The position numbers were made by a program, and so were the translations under genes. A stretch of DNA of 64,000 nucleotides, taken from NCBI GenBank assembly GCA_002104905.1, contig MCFE01000387.1:1-64000 (forward strand), in the 5' to 3' direction. Each line of letters opens with the position of its first letter. Positions within the stretch are counted from its first letter, which is position 1. Of the stretch, positions 59,485 through 64,000 are shown piece after piece. Source of the DNA: Basidiobolus meristosporus CBS 931.73 (taxonomy: Eukaryota > Fungi > Basidiobolomycota). The notes beneath the pieces were generated by a model, which worked only from the letters and a program-made list of their open reading frames with translations, ran no database searches and was not told the origin of the DNA.

Positions 59485-62400
59485 GATAGGACAAGAGATC
59501 AAGCTACGAATCTATGAAATAATAATCGTGGTGAATAGAAGTCAAGCTGAAGTATCAGCGACACTTGGAAACTGTTATATAGAAAATGGAAAGCGGCAGT
59601 CATTGGCTGGGGAAATTACGAAACAAAAATAGACAAAGGGCTGCATTGCTGAATAAATGAATCAAGTATTATAACATGATGCATTCTGTGCTGTATCGAG
59701 AAAAGTACCGAATCAAATAAACCCAGAACTGCCCCCCTTTGGAGATGTTTAATTGTCTACCATATATGGACGCGAATAATAATTGTGCCACGAATATAGA
59801 TTAATTGCCTCACAAAACCTACGGACGGATGCTCCTTAATAAGCTATTAATACGAATGAATTAAGTAAAGCTGACAACATTGAAACATCTCTTGTTTGTG
59901 ACAGACGCGATAATCGTCGGTGGATTAATGACTTCCCTCTATGTCGCAGGTTGTGGCATATGGCTTAATGATGTCCATTAATCCCCAATACTTACCACAT
60001 AGCGGAGCTCGCTACAAGTGCTTTGTGGTCGAACTTTCGATAGAAGAACATTGATCGGCCTTGTGACACAGCAGGACATATTCGTATTACTGAACTAAGG
60101 GGTAAGGCTTGGTATTCTGCTGAACGTCTGATTGTTGGTCTCTTCAGCGTTCTGTGCGTTTGATTCAGAGAATCACGCTTGCTCAGCAAATCAACATGTC
60201 CATTATGTGAGTTGTGGCTTTCTAGAACTGTCTCATTAACTAATTAGAATCTGAGTTGGTGAACAGTCACTGTCAGAATGGATTGAATCAACCATTTATA
60301 AGCGCCAATACAACTTGCAATACATGACTCTTACACTGCCCAGAGTCGTGGTTTCAATTGACTTGATTGGGCCTAAAAGGTTTCCAAGCGTGGCATATAT
60401 TTATATACATTAACTATTGATCGACAAATTATACAACCGAAACAGAGTGTTTCCTATTAATGATTATCGGACCAACAAGATTTCCCAAGCCTAATTTGAT
60501 TATTGACTGGGTGCGCCGAGTGTTGAAAGGAAAGCTAGTGAATGGATGGCAAATGAGGTTAGCAAGTAGCACAGATCTTGTGCTGGTTTTTCCAGAGGCC
60601 TAGACCTTTTGCTCTTCTTCTACAAGCAATCTTGTCAAGAACCTTCCCAAACGACTTGGCTTACGAATTAGGAAATGTATTTACACTCCATCTCCATATG
60701 CACGCACAGCAATATCCACTGTTTTCTGCACAATCTATACTGCTTGATTAGGAAAAAAATCTCGATATGAGGAGGTACTATGCACGAAATTTGTAGACCG
60801 CACAAGGTTGCAACTGGAATACTCCGGAGGACATTAGCCCTAACTGTATGGGATTAAGGGAGATAATTGTAGGAGGGCAGCATCGAGGTGGATGATAGTC
60901 AAAGCAGTGCAGCGGGGGATCTATTTTGTGTGGGTTGCACATGAAGGCATCCTACACTAGGCGATGATTAGAGGGAGACTAAGCTTAATTGAGCCACGAT
61001 CAGTTAAGCATGGAGCTATCCCATCAATGATATGATGCGCGAAATTATTTTGCTGCGCAATCTTGTGAAAATGTCCCTGAAGACAATGAAAGCTGTTGTT
61101 CCAGCACCAACCAGCTGGGTGAATTAACTGAGTGAGTGCACGTATGTATGTGATGCACCGCACCTGCCTGCTTATTGATTTCGAAAAACTTCATCCTACC
61201 TCGATTCTTGATGTTGATGTAATGATATACATACGGCTAACAAGACTACCCCAGACCTATCATTGGAGGGATTCTTTTTATATTTGTCCACTAAGCCAAA
61301 CTAACCAGTAAGGCGTATGGCTGGTTTCGCGCCTTTATCCCCTGCTGCGTTCTTTTCGAATAAAAAAGTAAAGGGAATTTTGCTAGGCCATCTCAAAGCT
61401 GCAATATAATAAAAAAACAATTCTTTCAGCATCAAACATTCCATCGTACTAACTACGCCCAAGGAGGTGTTGGTGTTAATTATTTGTAACGCAAACAAGT
61501 TGTGCACGAACTTTTTGATCTCCCACTTACATGTTAGTCGATAATATATCCTTGATGATGCAGTCGGATTGCCACGGCATCAATCAATTATTTCCCAATG
61601 CAGATTTATTGGGTTTTATTTCCCAAAAATCAGCTGTTTGAGTTCAGTCCCTAGAAAATATCACATTGCATATCTTAGCATCAAAATATTTACTCAAGCT
61701 GATACTGTGACGAGGCAGTGACCAAGTGAAATGGGCAAACAAATATGAAATACAAGCATGTACTCGAATTACTGAGCAAGTGAAGCCCTCAATCTTGGGG
61801 ATTGCCAATCATTGCAAGAGATTAGGGTTAGACCTAGTTATGCATCTATGCCGAGAAAGATTCTTTCAAGTTCATCAGAATCGTGAAAGTACCGAAATAT
61901 CCCAAGTATGACATACATGCCTACGCTTGGTGAATGAGTTCAACTGAAAGCATGTTCATTTCTTTTTCTAAATACACTAAGAAGCGATAAACCTTTTTCT
62001 TTAAATAAGCCAAATCACTTTCATTGTCTGCTAAATTTGGCTGAATTTAACGAGACCCCTGGTGAAGGGAAGTGTGAAATGTGTGGATTGATGCATCGTT
62101 GTATTAAGAATGTTTAGGTATGCACTAAATATTCATATGGTGACCTCATATTTGAAATTAATAAGCAGTTTCCATATCGTCCAAAAGCCCCCATAATTAC
62201 AAACATTCTTTCAAGACCTTTTTTCATAGTTGATTTTTCAGTACCTAAATTAAATGAATAATTTACCAACTGAATATCATGTTTTCTTGTAGCCCCAGCA
62301 AGTTTTCTACTTGCTTTATCTATCCCATTTAAAATATACACACTTCTTTCCATGAATATGGCTATTGGCTTAATACTCTGAGATGGTGTGAATGTGGGTT

Positions 62401-63665
62401 CAACAAACCTTTTTTTGGTATTCTAAACATACACCAAGTTGGGGGGGGGTGGCATATTTCATTTGACATCACAACAGTTCTAGATGAACCTTGGTAAACA
62501 TTGGATACCGAGTCAATCATGAGCTCTAGCGAAAAGCCATTTACTTTCCAAATCTTGATCATATTTACCGAATATGGTGATAATTTCCGGAAGTATTGCA
62601 TGTATTTTCAGAATCAATTTTGATTTTCATCGACTACTCGATCAGCCGATCAGGACCAAGGTAGTCGATATCTGGAAAAACGTTACCTTGATATAGGCAG
62701 GAGGTCGGCACTGGTAGGTGGCCCCCGTATTTCCCCCGACCCTCCACATTGGGAGGAAAGAGGCCCTCACCCATGTAAAGGGTGGGTGGGGAATCGATGA
62801 GTTAGACCTGCTTAGCCTGTAATGTCAGTTTTATGTGACTCTACCAAGTTGGTTACTTAAACTAATCGACTCAGACCACATTGAAATTGCAACTAGAAGC
62901 AACTGAGCAACCTTATGATTCTGAAAAGACCACACTAAATTTTGAATTGACAAGAGTTTCTGAAAGGCTTCTTTAAGCCTTAGCTTTGCTAGTAGATGGG
63001 TGGGCCGAGGTCTCATATATTTTACATTTTAACATATTTATCTAAAGCAGAGGGGGGATGATACCGCTATGCTATATATTTGCGGGTTGTTTTTGTACTC
63101 GAGGGTTTTATAGAAGGGCTAAAGCGCCACATTTATTCTTACTGCTCGGATGATATTTATACAGTAATAGGTCAAGGTAAACAAGTTAGAGTAGTCATAT
63201 GATAGCTCTTATTGAGGTTAAGTTTGAGGTCATGGAAATCTATTGACTACTTTTGGGAATAGCTTGGTGTGCGTTCGCTCCGGAATGACCATTGCACTAG
63301 AAGGCTTGCTCCGTGAATGATTATACCGGAACTCACATATGTATCGCGGGGAATTTAGGAAAAGATGAACGGCTCTCTAACTTGGGGAATTCTTGAAATA
63401 GGCTCACCTGATGGAATTACCGTTATTGGTTTCCAGGTGTTACCACTATCCTAATCCGAGACCATGAAGGGTGGCTAAAATGTGGAACGAGGATTTCACA
63501 ATAAAAATGACCATACGATCGGAGGAGAACGGGTTATCATGAGGAAAAGTAAAAGATCTCCAGATAAACCACCCGAAAACTATAAATACTAGCCCAACAG
63601 CATTCCCATTCTCAGTTTCATCTCAACTACTGTATTGTACATCTGTCCCTCGCTTCTCCAACTCA

Positions 63666-63935
63666 ATGATCGCTTTACCTGCCAAACATTACACCGGAAG
63701 CTCCCAGTGCTCAGACAAAGGGCCCTCCGTGAAGTCGTTTTTTGGAAATGCTCCATTTTATCAACAGGAGCTGCCAGTCGATCTACTCCGGTGCCCGAAA
63801 TTATCCCAATTCAAGAAACAGTCCCCTCCTACCAAGGTCGAGTTCAGTAAACTCAACCAGGATGAAGCCATTGATGTACTCTACGATTTGCTTAGCGATA
63901 CATTCGACAAACTCGTTGAGCTCGCTCACTCCTGA
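63666..63935 (+). CDS. Small hypothetical protein (89 aa)
   Basis: ORF MIALPAKHYTGSSQ..FSKLNQDEAIDVLYDLLSDTFDKLVELAHS* with an amphipathic C-terminal helix; TATAAATA at 63581-63588 upstream. Confidence 0.5.
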   Translation: MIALPAKHYTGSSQCSDKGPSVKSFFGNAPFYQQELPVDLLRCPKLSQFKKQSPPTKVEFSKLNQDEAIDVLYDLLSDTFDKLVELAHS

Positions 63936-64000
63936 GTCTGAAGTTGCCTAATCCATATGCCAAATAACACTTGTTTATCATGGATCGGAGCTCTTCTTTA

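Noticed and set aside
62114-62601. Short minus-strand ORFs in the AT-rich interval (possible transposon relic)
   Set aside because: No RT, integrase, transposase or terminal-repeat features could be recognised.
62751-62770. GGAAAGAGGCCCTC resembling part of U6atac; GTCGCTTCTC near 56242 resembling the U2 5' end
   Set aside because: The conserved flanking snRNA sequences are absent in both cases.

Overview
Intron-rich eukaryotic DNA with short GT-AG introns, micro-exons and CTAAC-type branch points. The gene set (copine-like C2, FYR-domain, WDR59, frequenin and DNAJB6-like proteins) fits an early-diverging, non-Dikarya fungus, possibly Basidiobolus or a relative; this is inference and not confirmed. 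About 30 protein genes are recognisable, mostly housekeeping: SET/NAP, TRM82, TFB5, FRQ1, ATP23, ARC35, RPL1, HEM13, a PCL-type cyclin, GIT1, APT1, WDR59/MTC5, RPB11, DnaJ, ILV3, calmodulin, EGD1, GCS1, LTP1, a PILS/ECM3 carrier, RPS3 and a MAPK-type dual-specificity phosphatase. No transposon, tRNA, rRNA or CRISPR array was recognised. The most unusual items are (1) an intronless protein at 53.3-54.4 kb built from about 16 tandem 21-aa Tyr/Arg/Gly/Glu charge-block repeats and flanked by two other small orphan ORFs; (2) a box C/D snoRNA candidate in the long first intron of RPS3, with a candidate 18S guide; (3) a tandem pair of intronless ankyrin-CCCH zinc-finger genes sharing an unnamed C-terminal motif; (4) an intron-containing DUF262 (GmrS-like) gene; (5) a copine-like C2-C2 gene lacking the vWA domain. 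Exon boundaries were read by eye and may be off by a few bases.
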